From the human T2T-CHM13v2.0 reference genome, Homo sapiens: a DNA stretch of 64,000 nt. Made by a program: the position numbers and the translations under genes. This document shows positions 1 through 16,061 of the stretch, piece by piece. The stretch lies in NCBI RefSeq assembly GCF_009914755.1, contig NC_060929.1. One strand, given 5' to 3'. The stretch's first letter is position 1; every line of letters begins with the position of its first letter. Under the pieces are notes generated by a model, which was given only the letters and a program-made list of their open reading frames with translations, ran no database searches and was not told the DNA's origin.

Positions 1-925
1 CATTTGTTGTCAATTTTCCTCTTTTATCTTCTTCCAGACACTTATTTCTATGAAAATTGCCTAGCTTATTCTATGTGCTTTTCAGAGTTTATGGTTTCTC
101 TCTTCTTGCTGGAACATCAGCTCCCTGAGGGCAGGGCTCCTGTACGCTGGCTCGTGGCTGCAGCCCCTGAGTGGGGCCATTAGTGGGGACCCCAAGGTGT
201 TGGGTCCCCAGGCCGGAACAATGGTTGGCCTCGCTGGCACAGAGCCACCTGAATCGGGAAGAAGTGGGCACTGATGAGGCCCTTATGACCCCAGGCAGTG
301 TGTAGCCAGGTTGTGCACAGGTAGACACAGCCCTGCGTCCCCTCACCTCATTCTCAGAGCAGGTCCCACGCGGCCCCCACGCCTGGCCCCTCAGCTGCCC
401 AGCTCTGCAGGATGCTGAGGTCTGAGGAAGCCGCGCCAGCTGTGCAGTTTGCAGACCACAGCTTTGGAGGAGCCCGAGGGTGAAAGATTGGGGGGCTTGA
501 GGAGCTGCTCCCAAATCCTGGCCTATGAGGCTACAAGGCCCGCCCAGTTCCCACGCATCCTTGCCTCGCACCCCAGGGGACTTGGGGTGATTCATGACTT
601 CTTTTTGACCCCCAGGGCCAGGGCTGAGGCCCGGCTTCCGCCAAAGAGTTTCAGCTGTTGGGCCGGGTCTGATGTGCCTGGCCCTTGTCAGCAGAGGGTG
701 CCTCCCGGTGTCTCACACCCTCCTTTCCCTCTAAAGCCACAGCTCTCCGCTGTGGGGGCCTTCTGTGGGCCTGGAGGTCGCATGGGCCCAGAGCTGGATC
801 CTGCCTCCTGCGCACTCCAGAGGTGGGGTGTGGGCAGGCTGTGCGCTCAGCCATAGGTGGTTCTTTGTCCTTGCCCTGAGAGGGCAGCCACAGTGTGTCC
901 AGCTGTGTTTTGGGCAGCAGGATTT

Positions 926-1745
<820 letters not shown>

Positions 1746-1746
1746 T

Positions 1747-2328
<582 letters not shown>

Positions 2329-3719
2329 TCAAAAGATCATTTTCATCTGTTCCCTTGTGAACAGGAGAGGCAGAATCCCTACCATCCCAAAGGCCATTTC
2401 CCAAAGGGGAAAGATCTGGATTTGCGCGCTGCTTCTGTGAGTGTGACCTGGAACGAGCTGGCTCCTGCCTGGGGGCTGCCAAACTGAGGTCCTGACCCCT
2501 CTCCAGGTCATGTGAAGATGAGCCGAGGTAACCGCAGACATTAAACTTCTCACACCTCACTTTCCTCCGTCTCAAAATGGGCATTTGTACCCAATCCCAG
2601 GGCCTGTCACTCATGTGGTCATTCCAGGGACACCCACGGGAGGCCCTGCAGGCACTAGGGACCGGGAGTTGGGTCAGCCCTGTCCCTGGGGTTCCATGCG
2701 CAGCAACACTCCCAACACAGGCATGCACCACAACGCAGCATGGGAAGGCAGGCTGGGGACAGGCGGATAGCTCGGTGGGCTGTGCCCCCAGTGGGTCCAC
2801 TCGAGGACATGCTGTCCCTGGCAGCTCAGGGGTGCTCATGCCCTTGCAGAGCCAGTCTCCATCTGCAGGGCCCTTCCTGGTGTCTGGAAACTTGGCTCTT
2901 TCGGAGGGAGGCTAAGCAGGACGGGGTGGAGGATGTGGGGTGGCATGTGGCGCTGTAGGAGTAGGGGGTCGCAAGTGGGCAGGGGCCTGGATCTGGGGCA
3001 GCAGAAGGGGCTCCTGAGCCTGGGGGTGAGGGCAGCCCAGCTGTGTGTGGTTATCAGACCCAAATGGTCCTCACCATGCCCTGTGGTCCTGGAGGGCAGG
3101 GCCCTCGCTGGCCTGTCTCTGGGGCTTGGCAAAGGGTGGATGCACAGGGAATGTCCGTGGTCCTGAGCTCTTGCCCTTTCCAGACCCATTTCATTGCCCA
3201 CAAAGGGCCCTGTGGTAACTGATCTCCCTGCTGTGATCCCCAGTCCCCAAGGCCCCTACTCTGTGGGGACCCTGGGGACTGCATGGGGCTGTTTCTCATC
3301 CATTCAGATGCTATAGTGTGGTCAGAGAGTTCTTGGTCTCCCCAGACACAAGCAGTCCCTTTCATTTCCTCCCTAGGTCCTGTGCTGCTTTGAGTGGGGT
3401 TGGGCTAACCGCAGAGGGTCCTTCCTGGGGAGAGGCTAAGGGGGATCTGCTGGGAAGCTGGGAGCCCCTGCTGGGAGTGGCAGCCCCATCCTGCAGGTCC
3501 CAGGTCCTGCATCCAGTGCAAGCCTGGGCTTCTGCACTAGAGAGATGCCACCGTCACCTTGGCTGCTTCTAGAGCTCTTCGGAAGACCCTTCTCCCTGGA
3601 GCAGGGCGCTGGAACGCTGCAGGGAGCAGGGGGGTGGCTCCCACATGTGGACCTACCATGAGCCATGCGCTGTGCTGGGCTGTCCAGATGTCTGCTCTTC
3701 TAGTCCGTGCAGCCCTGCC

Positions 3720-3860
3720 AGGAGGTAGCATCAACCCTCCTTTGCAGATGAAGCAAAAGAGGCTCACAGAGAAGTGATATGTCCCAAGTCACACAGCTGG
3801 AACAGCTGGTATGTGGCAGAGCTGGGATGAAAACCCGGATGTGTTCAATTCCAAAGCACT
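3720..3860 (-). mobile_element. MIR
   Basis: Core 'tttgcagatgaagcaaaagaggctcacagagaag..cccaagtcacacagctgg'. Confidence 0.7.
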
Positions 3861-4069
3861 TGCCTTTTCTTTTTTAAAGAAAAAGAAATGTGACGGCCTG
3901 GGGTCTCTCCATCTATTCAGATGCCATTGTCCAGTCAGAGGTCCCTGGGCGGCCCTGGACACAAGCAGCTCCTTTCCCTCTTGAGGTCCTGTGCTGTGAG
4001 GGGTGTGGGTGGGCTGAGGCCCTTTTGGGGGCACGAGGGCTGGGGTTACTCTGGAAGGTGCAGGGGGTG

Positions 4070-4175
4070 CTTGGCCCCACCCCCGTTTCAGATTCAGTGG
4101 GGCTGGAGAATTTGCATTTTCAACAAGTTCACACGCTATGCCGGGCTGGTCTGGTAAACACACTCTGAAAACCAA
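4070..4175. mobile_element. MER5A-like hAT DNA-transposon fossil
   Basis: 'ggccccacccc..ttcagattcagtgggg..gagaatttgcattttcaacaagttc..cacactctgaaaacca'. Confidence 0.65.
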
Positions 4176-6584
4176 GTGGCTTCCTTTTCTCTGTCTTTAA
4201 ATATTATTTTCTCTTTTACGAAATATTTCCAGCCTCATGTGCTTTTCACCGTGCTGTGTTGTCTTTTATGCGCTCAGGATGGCTGGAGTCAAGTTGTGAG
4301 TTTGCAAAAACCAGGGAGACCCATTCTGGGTTCATCAACCGCCGGCGAGGATTTCTACTACAATGACCACGACCGCTGCTGCGTGGGGTGTGCTTACGGA
4401 GCAGTGCCCAGTCCTGTTCTGAGCCCTGTCACGCAAGTCGCTCCGTTGCTTTTCACAGCCACCTCCCAGGCAGAAGCCACCACCTTCTCACTCTACCAAG
4501 GGAGGGCGAGTCACTGGCCCGAGGCCACACACACCACAAGGCTGGGGTTCCGCCCCAGGTGGTCCGTGCCACAAGCGCGCACCCAGCCTCAGGATTCAAT
4601 GAGCTGGGACAGAAGTGCCTCACCAGTTCTAACGGAAATGGGTCGACTGGCCAGAACCAAGGTCCTCTCCCCACCCGCTAATCTCTCTGACTGAGTTCCC
4701 AGGCTCTGTGAGCAGCATCGCCACCTACCTGGGAGCTCGGCGGGGGTTGCAGGTGGCCCCATCACATCCACAGTTCCTGCCCACCCCTCCAGATCCGAGT
4801 GGCAGCAAAGCCGAGCTTCTACATCACTGTCTGCACGCTGGCCCTACAGGGCATTTTAGGCATATTAACCATGAACCTCACAAACACCTCGCGAAGCAGC
4901 CACTATCACTATTCCCAGCTTTGCAGCTGTGCACTGCAGCCCCAAGAGGCTGAGTGACCCGCTCAAAGTCACGCAGTCAGGAAGAGAAAGAACCAGACGC
5001 TGAACTTCTGTCCCCTCCAGGTCCAATACCAGCGTCTCCCCAGGCTCCAGGCTCCAGGGTCGCTGCCTCCCCACTGCCTGCCCCGTTTCCTCTCTTGCCT
5101 CCTTCCTCTCATTCCCTACCCTTTAGTCAGGGCCATCCTTCTAGGCCAGAGATCGGATCATGCCACTTCCCTTTAAAGGCATCCACAGGTTCCCCGCTGT
5201 CTTTGGGACAGCGCTCCCTGGCCAGCCTGGACTTCCCTCTCCAGCCCGTTCCGCCCAGCTCCACTTGCCCTCCATGAGTTACTCCTAGCCCACCTTTAGC
5301 CAGACACCTGGCCTGGACATGCTACACCCCCTGAGCTGTGCTACTCAAGTCTCCAACATCCTTTCTCCCTCTTTTTTTTTTTGGCCAGGAAAACTCCTAC
5401 TCATCCTACAATACCCAGCTAGGACATGGACTTATGTCTTAGCCTTCCCAGCTGCTTACTCTTGGGCCAGGGAATCCACTTGCTACAGTGATTACTTAGC
5501 ACACTGGGATGGAGCCGTCTGCCCATCAGTCCCATTGCCAGACCACGAGCTCCCCAAAGCTGGGACCGTGTTGGCTTGGTCTAGGTCCTCTGAGTGGCCC
5601 AGGCCCAGGCAGAATCCTGCTAAACAGGACCAAGGTGGACATTCACCAATGACCATGCAAAGAGGCTCCCAATTCCAGGGTGTCCACAGCGGCCTGTGCC
5701 TGGGTCTGATGTTTGCCGTGCACTGGGAATGGAGAGCATGTGGCCTTTTTCCCTTTTTAACTGTCGTGCCTGCGCTTGTGCCTGCCCAGTCTGTCCACTG
5801 CGGTGGGAAATGCCAGTTTATGAACCAAGGGTGAGCCGCCGGGGTCTTTCTAGCCAGGGCTGTTGGAAACCACTTGAGTGGATCTAGCCCTAGTAAACGG
5901 CTCTTAACCACTCCCCAGGGAGCACCCGAGACCCCAGATAATAAGCTCCATGTGTGTGGGAGACAGGCCCATTTTTTTTCCCAAGGATTTATGAGCGGGG
6001 GAGTATTCTCATTGACCTCCATTTCAGGAAAGATCTCTTTCTGGAACACTTGCCGAATACTCCATCAACAGTGAAGCACACGTGCTCGCCGCAAGCCTGC
6101 TTGACGGCCCCATAGCCAGCATATGTTTCTTGTCTCCTACGCACTTTAGCACTGGCTCTGGGGAATGCGTGTATTTCTGAACGTCCCTAAACACAGCTCT
6201 GACTGAAGCACTTATAATTTACCCTCCATGAAAGCCATCGCTGCTCTTTCCAAACATACTTGGAAGTGGATTCAAAGTTTATTTAGAGAGAACATTTAAA
6301 AAAAAAAAAAAAGACCGAACGAGAGTGCTTGTGGATTCTTACTCCCAGCCCCAGCTTGCTGGGACCTTGGAATAATTCCTTCGGCTCACAGACATGACAC
6401 CCTGAGAAGAAACCGTGAACATGTGGGCCCTGGCCATCTGTCCACGCAGGCATCTCTCCAGTTCGTCCTCTCTTTATTTATTCACCTGTTATTCTATCTG
6501 CTTCTCCCTCCCTCAGACCTCCTTTTTCTTTTCCCTCCACTCACGTTCCCCCACCTCATCATTCATCCATTTCTCCAGCCCTAG

Positions 6585-6918
<334 letters not shown>

Positions 6919-6979
6919 TTATTCGGGGGTGAATGAATGACTTTATTCATCCAGACAATCAAATATCCATTTGCATATT

Positions 6980-7250
6980 GGTTCATCCATTCATCCATCC
7001 ATTAAATTAGCAATCTTTGTTCATTCGTCTTTCTGACCAGCCATCCATCAAAGATGTACTAATGACCCACTCTGTGCAAGGTACTGGGATACTTCGGTGA
7101 GTGCATCCCAGTTCCTGCCCTTGAGTAGCTCACAATAATCTGGGAGATAAGATGCAAACAGCCAATTACAGCACAGTGTGGGAAACGCTATTAGAGACAC
7201 GTGCAGGTGCCCTGGGTGTCGGGAAACGGGCGCTGATGCCTGGGAACAAT
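6980..7250 (-). mobile_element. L2 3' end
   Basis: (TCCA/TTCA)n tail followed by 'actctgtgcaaggtactgggatac..ttcctgcccttgagtagctcaca'. Confidence 0.65.
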
Positions 7251-8319
7251 TCTGGGTACAGAAGGGGCTACGGAAAACACCTATGGAAAACCTGCCCACC
7301 TCTCCCTGTCTCCCAGAACCAGTGAGGCAGCCACCTGGGGTAGATCAGACTTCATGGCCACTCCAGGGCCTTGGAGACCTTATCTGCCAGGAATGGTCTT
7401 CTGGAATGGGCTGGTTCAGACTCGCCACTCCCTTAGTGATTCCTACAGCAGTCCTGGGGGGCCGGTGTTGCCAGGTCCACTCTGCGGTGGAGGAGACCGG
7501 GGCTCAGGCGACTGGAGGGGTGAGGCGCAGCAGAGCCCACGTGCTGGAGTCTGAACACTGGCAGACAGTGCACGTGGCCCTCTGCACCCTCTGTCCAGGG
7601 GTGCAGACAGTGCATGTGGCCCTCAGGACAGCACCAACCACTGGGCTACCTGCTCCCCTCTGAAGGCCTCCTGGGTGTTCAGGACCTAGGTCCGACTATT
7701 TGGGGTCAGGACTCTCCCTGCGCCCCACACAGCTCAGAGCTACCCGAACAGTCCTGGCAGACAAGCTGCTCTCCCTGTGTGGGAAACTGAGTGCTCAAAG
7801 GACCCCGGCAAGCCCTGCTGTGTCTCAGCACCTCGCTTTCCCAGCTAGGGCTGAAGGACTGACAACGAGGACCTTGCCTGCAGAGCAGAGACTGTGCGTG
7901 CCCAATTCCAGGCTCTGGCCAGGCCTGGGCTCTGGATCCTGTGGAGAGCGGCACGGTCCAACCAAGAACCCTGGGAGCTGGCAGACCCAGCCTCCCTGCC
8001 TGGGTGCGGAGGGCAGGGCGGCCCCTCTGCCCTTTGGCCAAGGGTTCCTCCTCTGCCACGGCGAATGTCTGGGGCCATCCTTCCTGCCATCCACTCCCAC
8101 ACGTCCCCACTGAATTTCCTGTTCCTCATCCCCCCTGTCCCTGTCCACACGCCCCACTGCGTTTTCACCTCTGGGCCTCCCTTCCCCCAGGCTCTGCTCT
8201 TTCCATCCAGCCTCTCCCTGATCCTCATCCAAGGGGCCTTTCTAACACTGGCCAGGCCAGTCTCCACTAGAGGAACAAAACCAAAGTCCACGGCCACCTT
8301 CTTAGCGCAGAGCAGCCTG

Positions 8320-8480
8320 GTAAAGAGAGACCCAGGTACAAATCCTGACTCTTTCATAGGCTATTCCCACGAACTTGGGTAACTCAACGGCTCTGGGCCT
8401 TAGTTTTCCCACCTGTGAAATGGGTCTATTCATGGCTTTCTTAGGGAGCAGCTGTTAGCATTATGGCTGAGTATGAAGTA
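8320..8480 (+). mobile_element. MIR
   Basis: 'ttgggtaactcaacggctctgggccttagttttcccacctgtgaaatggg'. Confidence 0.65.
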
Positions 8481-9543
8481 AGGCTTTCCCTCAAAACTAT
8501 GCTTCAGAAAGGAAGGAGTCATTTTGTGTTCAAGCCTCTACTGAAGTCTTTCGTTTAAGGGGGTGCATGCTCAACTAATTACTCGAAAAAAAAGATGACA
8601 ATGTACTGTTTGGTGCCGACACACAACCTAAACCAACCCCCGTCAACGTTAGTTCTAGACGGTTATAGAGGTAACGCAAGGGGTCTATTAGAAAAATAAG
8701 AGGAGCCTGGTAGTTAAGGGTGGAGACTGAATGTACAAATTCATTTTCACTACTTCCAGAAGGGCAGAGAGGTCAGGAAAGGAAACACCAGCAACAATAA
8801 GAATGCTGAGAAGCAGACAATGAGGGCTACCTGCCGATACAGAAATGGGCACGAACACAGCCAACCCCGGGAGGCTCTAGCTTTGGGGGTGCTGGATCAG
8901 ACCTCAGGCTCCCCAGCCAACGAGCACTGTCAGCTCTGGCAGCTCAAAGCCCCTTTGTCAGGCAGAAAGCCCCCCTCCAGGTGGCCAATTTCAGGTTTCA
9001 AGTGTCAGCTGGATTTTCTGCTCACTGTCCCCCATAGCCTGCTAGAAAGTTCACTGCCAAATTGATTTCCAAATTTCGTGAAACAAATTTATTCCCAGGT
9101 GAAAACTACTGTATCTGATTTCTTCTGCAGATGACCCAGCCAACATGGAAATCCGCTTTGTCTGACTTTCGAATTCACCCGAGTCGGCTTCCATTGCTCA
9201 GACAACTGGACGGGGCCCCAGTTCCCACTGCATCCCAGCCAGATGAAGAGAGTGGGGCCTCAAGTCTGTCAGCCAGCCCTAGACTCTCCACAAGCCAGGC
9301 CCCAGGCTCCCCCTGCCAGCCAGGAGGCAGATAGTCCACAGACCCCAAAAAGCACCCATGCCTACCCACCCCCACCAGGAATGGCCACTGTTTTCTCAGC
9401 CAGAAGTAGGGCCAAGAGAAGTCCAAAAACGCCCCGCACCCACCAGGCTCTTAGGGACCCCGAGTCACACCTGTCCCCTCAAGATTCTCTCTGGGCCATC
9501 GCAGTCCACCCACACTTGGATGCAGGATGAAAGGCTCACACAT

Positions 9544-9850
<307 letters not shown>

Positions 9851-10258
9851 TCACATGGAAGCTACCAGTGGCCTGCTCCCTGGTGTCCTCATCCCCTGTG
9901 ACTATGGCGCCATCAGTTGAAAGATCCAGGCGGCGGAGGCCTGGGTAGCGTCCTCTGGCTGGAAGGTCCCAGGAGGGAGAGTATTCAGGGGGGAGAGATG
10001 CTCCCTGCAGGCTTTTCCCCTGAAAAGCCTGGGCCCCTGGGACCCTGGGACTGCTGCCCTCCCTGCAGAAGAAGGGCCTAGGGTCTCCTGCCCATTTATG
10101 AAGGCTCAACTCACACACGCACTGTATTCTGTCGGCTTTGACCTCTTTCAGTTTATTTGGTGCTCAGTCCTCACAGCAACCCTGTGTGGTGTTACTCCCT
10201 CCTGACTGGGTCAAGCCGTCTGAAGCCTCCCTCTGCACACGGGTGCAGATCGAGCTAT

Positions 10259-10553
10259 GGCTGAGCGCTGTGGCCCATGCCTGTAATCCCAGTAGTTCAC
10301 AGGCCGAGGCGGGAGGATGACTTGAGGCCAGGAGCTCAAGACCAACTTGGGCAACATGGTGAGACCTCGTCTCTACAAAAAAATACTATATATGTACATA
10401 TATGGTGTGCACCTGTAGTCTCAGCTACTTTGGAGGCTGAGGCAGAAGGATAGCTGGAGCTGAGGAGTTTGAGGTTGCAGTGAGCCGAGATTGCACCACT
10501 GCCCTCCAGCCTGGGTGACAGAGTGAGACCCTCTCTCAAGAAAAAAAAAAAAA
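10259..10553 (+). mobile_element. AluJ
   Basis: AluJ-type 'ggaggatgacttgaggccaggag' and 'ggagtttgaggttgcagtgagc'; degenerate TSD agatcgagc/agatccagc. Confidence 0.88.
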
Positions 10554-10559
10554 AGATCC

Positions 10560-10980
10560 AGCCACCTCACCTTGGCCTGTGTGGCCCTGTCTGATCTGTC
10601 CCTTGACACGTCTCTGTTCTCATTTCAGGTCCCTCTACCCAGTGACCCACTAGGACCTCCTCTCTGCTCTTTCACCCCAGCTGCACAATCCTCTTTCAGG
10701 GCAGGTGGGCTCTGTGCCTGGGAAGCCCTGCCCACTCCCCAGCCTGGCTACTTCTTGTCACTCAGGTCTCAGCTCAGTGTCACTTCATCAAAGAGGCACC
10801 CACTGGCAGTCCTACTGAACAAGCTCCGCCTTCACTCTGTCACATCCTGTCCTGGCTCATTGCATGTTTCCATTCTGCTAGAATGCAGACTTCTCAGCCG
10901 GATAAACCTCGTCTCTCTTATTTCCCAGTGCCTGGCATACAGTAGGAGCTTCATAAGTATTGGCTGAATAAGTGAAATGA
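10560..10980 (+). mobile_element. L2 3' end
   Basis: 'ctagaatgcagacttc..cccagtgcctggcatacagtaggagcttcataagtattggctgaataagtgaa'. Confidence 0.7.
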
Positions 10981-11209
10981 GAACACGAATGCCCAGTACA
11001 AAAGGAGTGACTGGCCCCAAGTTGCAAGCTGGCAGAGGCACTGCCTCCGCTGTCATGCTATGTTCCCTTCTGGGGTACTGGCTTGGGCGGCTTGTGGGTG
11101 GCTCTGTGTCAAAGGAACCTCCTGGAAGGCAGAAATGACCCTTCTGGGTATATCTGGCAGAGGCAGTTGCAGCGCCTGCAAATCAGAGGAAAGTGAGGTC
11201 ATGGAAGGT

Positions 11210-11420
11210 GGAGGCTTTGAGGCCAAACACACCTGGGTGGGTCCCAGCTCTCCAGTCACCTGCTGCATGGCCCTGGGCAAGCCACCTACACTCCCTGAGG
11301 CTCAGTTTCCCCATCTGTAAACTGGGCATAACATGGCACTTGTCTTCTGGATTGTTGTGAGGCTCATATGATGCCCTGCATAGCAGGCACCCGGCCAGGT
11401 GCCTCAGAGCCCTGTAAATG
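11210..11420 (+). mobile_element. MIR
   Basis: 'ggccctgggcaagccacc..ctgaggctcagtttccccatctgtaaactggg..ttgttgtgagg'. Confidence 0.75.
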
Positions 11421-12199
11421 GTCCCCAAGGAATCCGCGGCCCTCGGGGCAGGGTGCGGAGCAGGGAGGGCGAGGCTCTGAGGACAGAGGCAGCCACCGAC
11501 AGGAGGGTGGGGCAGGAGTAAACACCATAGGGCGCCTGAGTTTAGACACATGCGCCTGGCTTCTGGGTTACAGGCAGGGCTGGGCCATGTGCAGAGTTTT
11601 TCATCTTTTAATCCCAGCTGTTATCAGCTGCTGGGAAATAGCTGAGCCCAGTCTCCTAGCTGGCACAGGCTTCCTCTGAATTCCACAAAGAGAACAAAGA
11701 GTTCCGAAATAGTGACACAGCTGTCCTGACCGGCAGCCCGGGCAGTCAGCCGGCAGGGCCAGGCCAGGAGGAAGGCACGCAAAAGCCAAGCAAAGCCACT
11801 TGGCTAGAGGGTGGGCACAGCTGCGGGAGGCTGCTGGAGGCCTGGCTGACTAGCCAGCCAGGGACCATCCCAGGCTCTGAGGCTGCTGGGAGACTGGGGG
11901 TGACCTTCTCTCTGAGCTGGGCCTGGCACTGTGTGCTCAGGAGCCTTCTGGCGGTGTGAAGGTCCTGCTCCGGGACTACCCCAGGGTGCAAAGTGAGTGG
12001 CGTGGCTAGATCCCTGCTGGTGACACCCCCAGACACCAAAGCTACCTCCCTTTCCAGAGCTTGGAGTGGTCGTCTGCAGCTTTTGGTCACCCTCTCCACA
12101 CCTGGATGCTTTCCACAGCGCAAGCCCCACCTTCCAGCACTCACTGCACATTTCCCTGCTGCCTTGGCTGCTAGGATGCAGGTGTGATTTACGGTCCAC

Positions 12200-12435
12200 C
12201 CATCAGAGGTGTCTCAGTGAGATTCGGACTCGGCAGAATTGGGTGGGGACAGAGCATGATCCTGAGCCAGCAGCTGGGAGGCAGCTTCCAGATCTGGCAG
12301 GAGAGCTTGGGAACCATTCCTGGAGGCACTGTTCTTTGAGGTCTCTGGACCCCTGAATAACCTCCCACTACCCTTTTTTCTTTTGGCTTAAACTGGCTGC
12401 AGTGGATTCTGCCGTCTGCAACTATAAATCCTGAG
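12200..12435 (+). mobile_element. Old MaLR LTR fragment (MLT1J/K-like 3' end)
   Basis: 'ttttggcttaaactggctgcagtggattctgccgtctgcaactataaatcctga' resembles the MLT1 terminus. Confidence 0.5.
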
Positions 12436-12455
12436 AAACTCCTTCATGACTCCCT

Positions 12456-13230
<775 letters not shown>

Positions 13231-14669
13231 GCCATGGCCTGCAGGGTTAAGTTCCAGCTCTTGATGATGGCACTTAGGGCCCTTGGCATGAATCCAGCGT
13301 CCTCCCTCACCATCCCTGCATGCAGGGACCCACAGTTCTTATCTCTGTCCCTTATCCAGGCTGCCTCCCCACCCAGCCACGCCCTTTCATGTCCTCACTC
13401 CTCTGCCTGGCAACATGCCTGTGCGGCCTGGTCCCAGTGATCAAGCCCTTTGTGAAAAGCATCCCCTGCCTCCTGGACCCGAGGCTTCAGTCTTGAGGCG
13501 CCCACAGTTCCCTGCACACCCTTCCATCCTGGCGCTCCTCATCCTGGGTGGTGATCATCAGGGCCTCTGCCCCCAGCCCGGGCCTGGGAGGACGTCCATC
13601 TGCAGAACAAGCCTGGCCTGTGACTGGCCCCCTGAGGAAGTGGGCTGCTCCTGGGGTCTCAAGAGCATCCATCCTGCTAGAACAGGGTGTTGGGGTGAGT
13701 TTAGAGAACGCAGCACGGGGAAGGCTGATCCACCCTGCTTCTTCCTGTCTCAGTGATATGAGGTCCCCAGACCTGGACAGGGCCCGTGAGGTAGCCAAGG
13801 GGCAGCTGGACTCACTGTCCACTGCGTGAGCCCCTGGTCAGTCCCCTTTCCAGATCTTGGAAATGCCTGTGCACCTTCGGAGAGAGGTTTTCCCTTTCTC
13901 CACAGGGGAGTAGCTGGGGAGGTTGCAGCCAAGTTCCCTGTCCTCCACCCCATGCCCTGGGGATGTCCGGGTCCTCAAGGCTGTGGGCTAAGGGTACCCT
14001 GGGTCTTCTCTGCCCTCCACTGCAGACTTGCCTCCCTCCTGCTCTCTGGAGTGCGGCTGTGATGCGTTTCAGTTCCCCAGACTCTAAGCAGCCTCACCTC
14101 ACGTTTATTAAACTCCCACTGTGTGCCCGGCGCAGTGCTGGGTGTGTCCACATCAGCAAGACGACCCACAACAATTCTCTGAGATCAGTCTCATGACGTA
14201 CCCAAAGCACATGCCTGAATCGAGCCCATGCCCCTGAAGCCAATCCTGCCCTTTTGCCAAAAGAAATGATTTCCGTTTGTGGGCAGGAAGGGAGCCACCG
14301 GGCGGCACTGGCCGGCACCGGCCACCCTCTTCGTGCCTCTGGTTCCTCAAATGAAATAAGCTCATGGGAACAAGTCCACATTAGCATTTCAAAGAGGACC
14401 ATAACTCGGTGATTACTGCTTGCACATGTGAGGGCTTCCCGCTGGGAGTGTTACCTAGCGGCACCCATGGTTTGATTTCCCCAAGTTGTGTGTTCCCTTA
14501 CACATGGGAAATCTCAAGGGAGAGACACTTCCCAAGAAAATTACCTACATGGGTCTTGTCACCTACCTGCCATCTGCACTTAAAGACAGCGACACGAACC
14601 CCACTAGATGACACGAACCAAGGGACTGGTGTAGTCTGGGTATTTTCACGTATGTTGTCTCACACGTTT

Positions 14670-14805
14670 CTGCCAAGTCTTAGGAGGTGGGAATATTATT
14701 AGTAATTTTACAGGTAAGATGACAGGGCCCAAAGAGGTGGCTTTCTCAGTGTCACACACTTAGTGGGTAATGAGGTGACATCCTCAGATCCAGGCAGCTG
14801 ACCAC
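14670..14805 (-). mobile_element. MIR
   Basis: 'attttacaggtaagatgacagggcccaaagaggtgg..gtcacacacttagtgg'. Confidence 0.65.
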
Positions 14806-16061
14806 ATAGCCTGTGCCTCCCCCACACCCCAGACTTGGATGGGGCTGATGAGCACGTTCCGACATTCTGTTCAAGGCACGAAGGGTTTCCTCCATAGGTG
14901 GAGACCACAGGCGTCCCTAAGAGCAGCCCTGAGGCTGGGGAGCCTGGTAAGTGGGAAGTCTCAGAGCGGCTCAGGGCCACAGACCAAACACAGTAACGGG
15001 AAGTTGAGGAGGGCCTGCCCTGGTGCGCCAACCAAGGAGGCGTGTTCAGCAGCAATGTTTCCTAATTAAAAATGAAAGGTGGGATTTCACAGGAATGCTA
15101 CATTTTAAACCCTCTAGCCACTCAGATCTTTGAAGAGAAATGATGTGTTCATAATAATTTTGGAGTGGATAACATAATTTACAAATCACAAGTGTGTTCT
15201 GTGATTTAAAGTGATGGAAGGGCTTTCTGTTACCTCATGGTAACCAGGAATTTCAAGAGGCATAATTGAATTTTAATCCAGTCCCATAGGAAGAGCGGTC
15301 CCCCTGTGCCGGGAGAAGGAATAAGGAAGACAAAAAGATGTCAGCTGCTTAGATCACATGACTTCCTGCTTATTTCATGAGCTGAATATGCAGCGCCTGG
15401 GCATGTACCAGATATTCCTTCTTGAAACTGAGCCAGGGCAGGTGGCCTGGTCCATGTGTATCTGGAGACCCTTGTGCTAGAATATGCCAGTCCTTCCAGC
15501 CATATAGAGACTGCAGTTTCAGTATCTCCCTATAAAGAGGAGAGACCAAAAAGGAGTTTCTGCCTTGCCTGCTTTCAGCATAGATGGACAATTCAAGGAG
15601 GAAGATCTGCAGCAAGCTCCCAGGTCTAGGAACTAGACCTAGGACACTGTGATCACTGGCAAAGTGATCATTGTGGCGAACTTCTTGCACAGTTCTTGCA
15701 AAGTTGCAAAGTTCACTGGCAAAGTTCTTGCAAAATGCCAGTTTGCTCACTATATTTGAGCTACAATTGATCTACCATGTCTTTGCCAAGAATTCCAAAG
15801 GATTTGGGATAAGCAAATAGCCTTGCTGTATCACCAGCTTTTAGGTGGCTATGTTTGGTGTCTGTTTCTGAGGTTCGTTTTGCCTTATCCAAGTGGCAGG
15901 CTAATGGGGACGAAGAAGCCCTCTTTAGCATGAGTGGAATAAGCCAGGTGCCCAAGGGAAGCCTAGAGTTTTGGGGCTCTGAGGAGGGTGAGGTGAAGTA
16001 AGAACCCGGCACAGGCTGGCACACACATTAGGTGTTCAATAACATCTAAAAGCATTCAGAT

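Noticed and set aside
14208-14233. p53-like half sites GCACATGCCT and GCCCATGCCC
   Set aside because: Both mismatch RRRCWWGYYY and are separated by a spacer, so the match is too weak.
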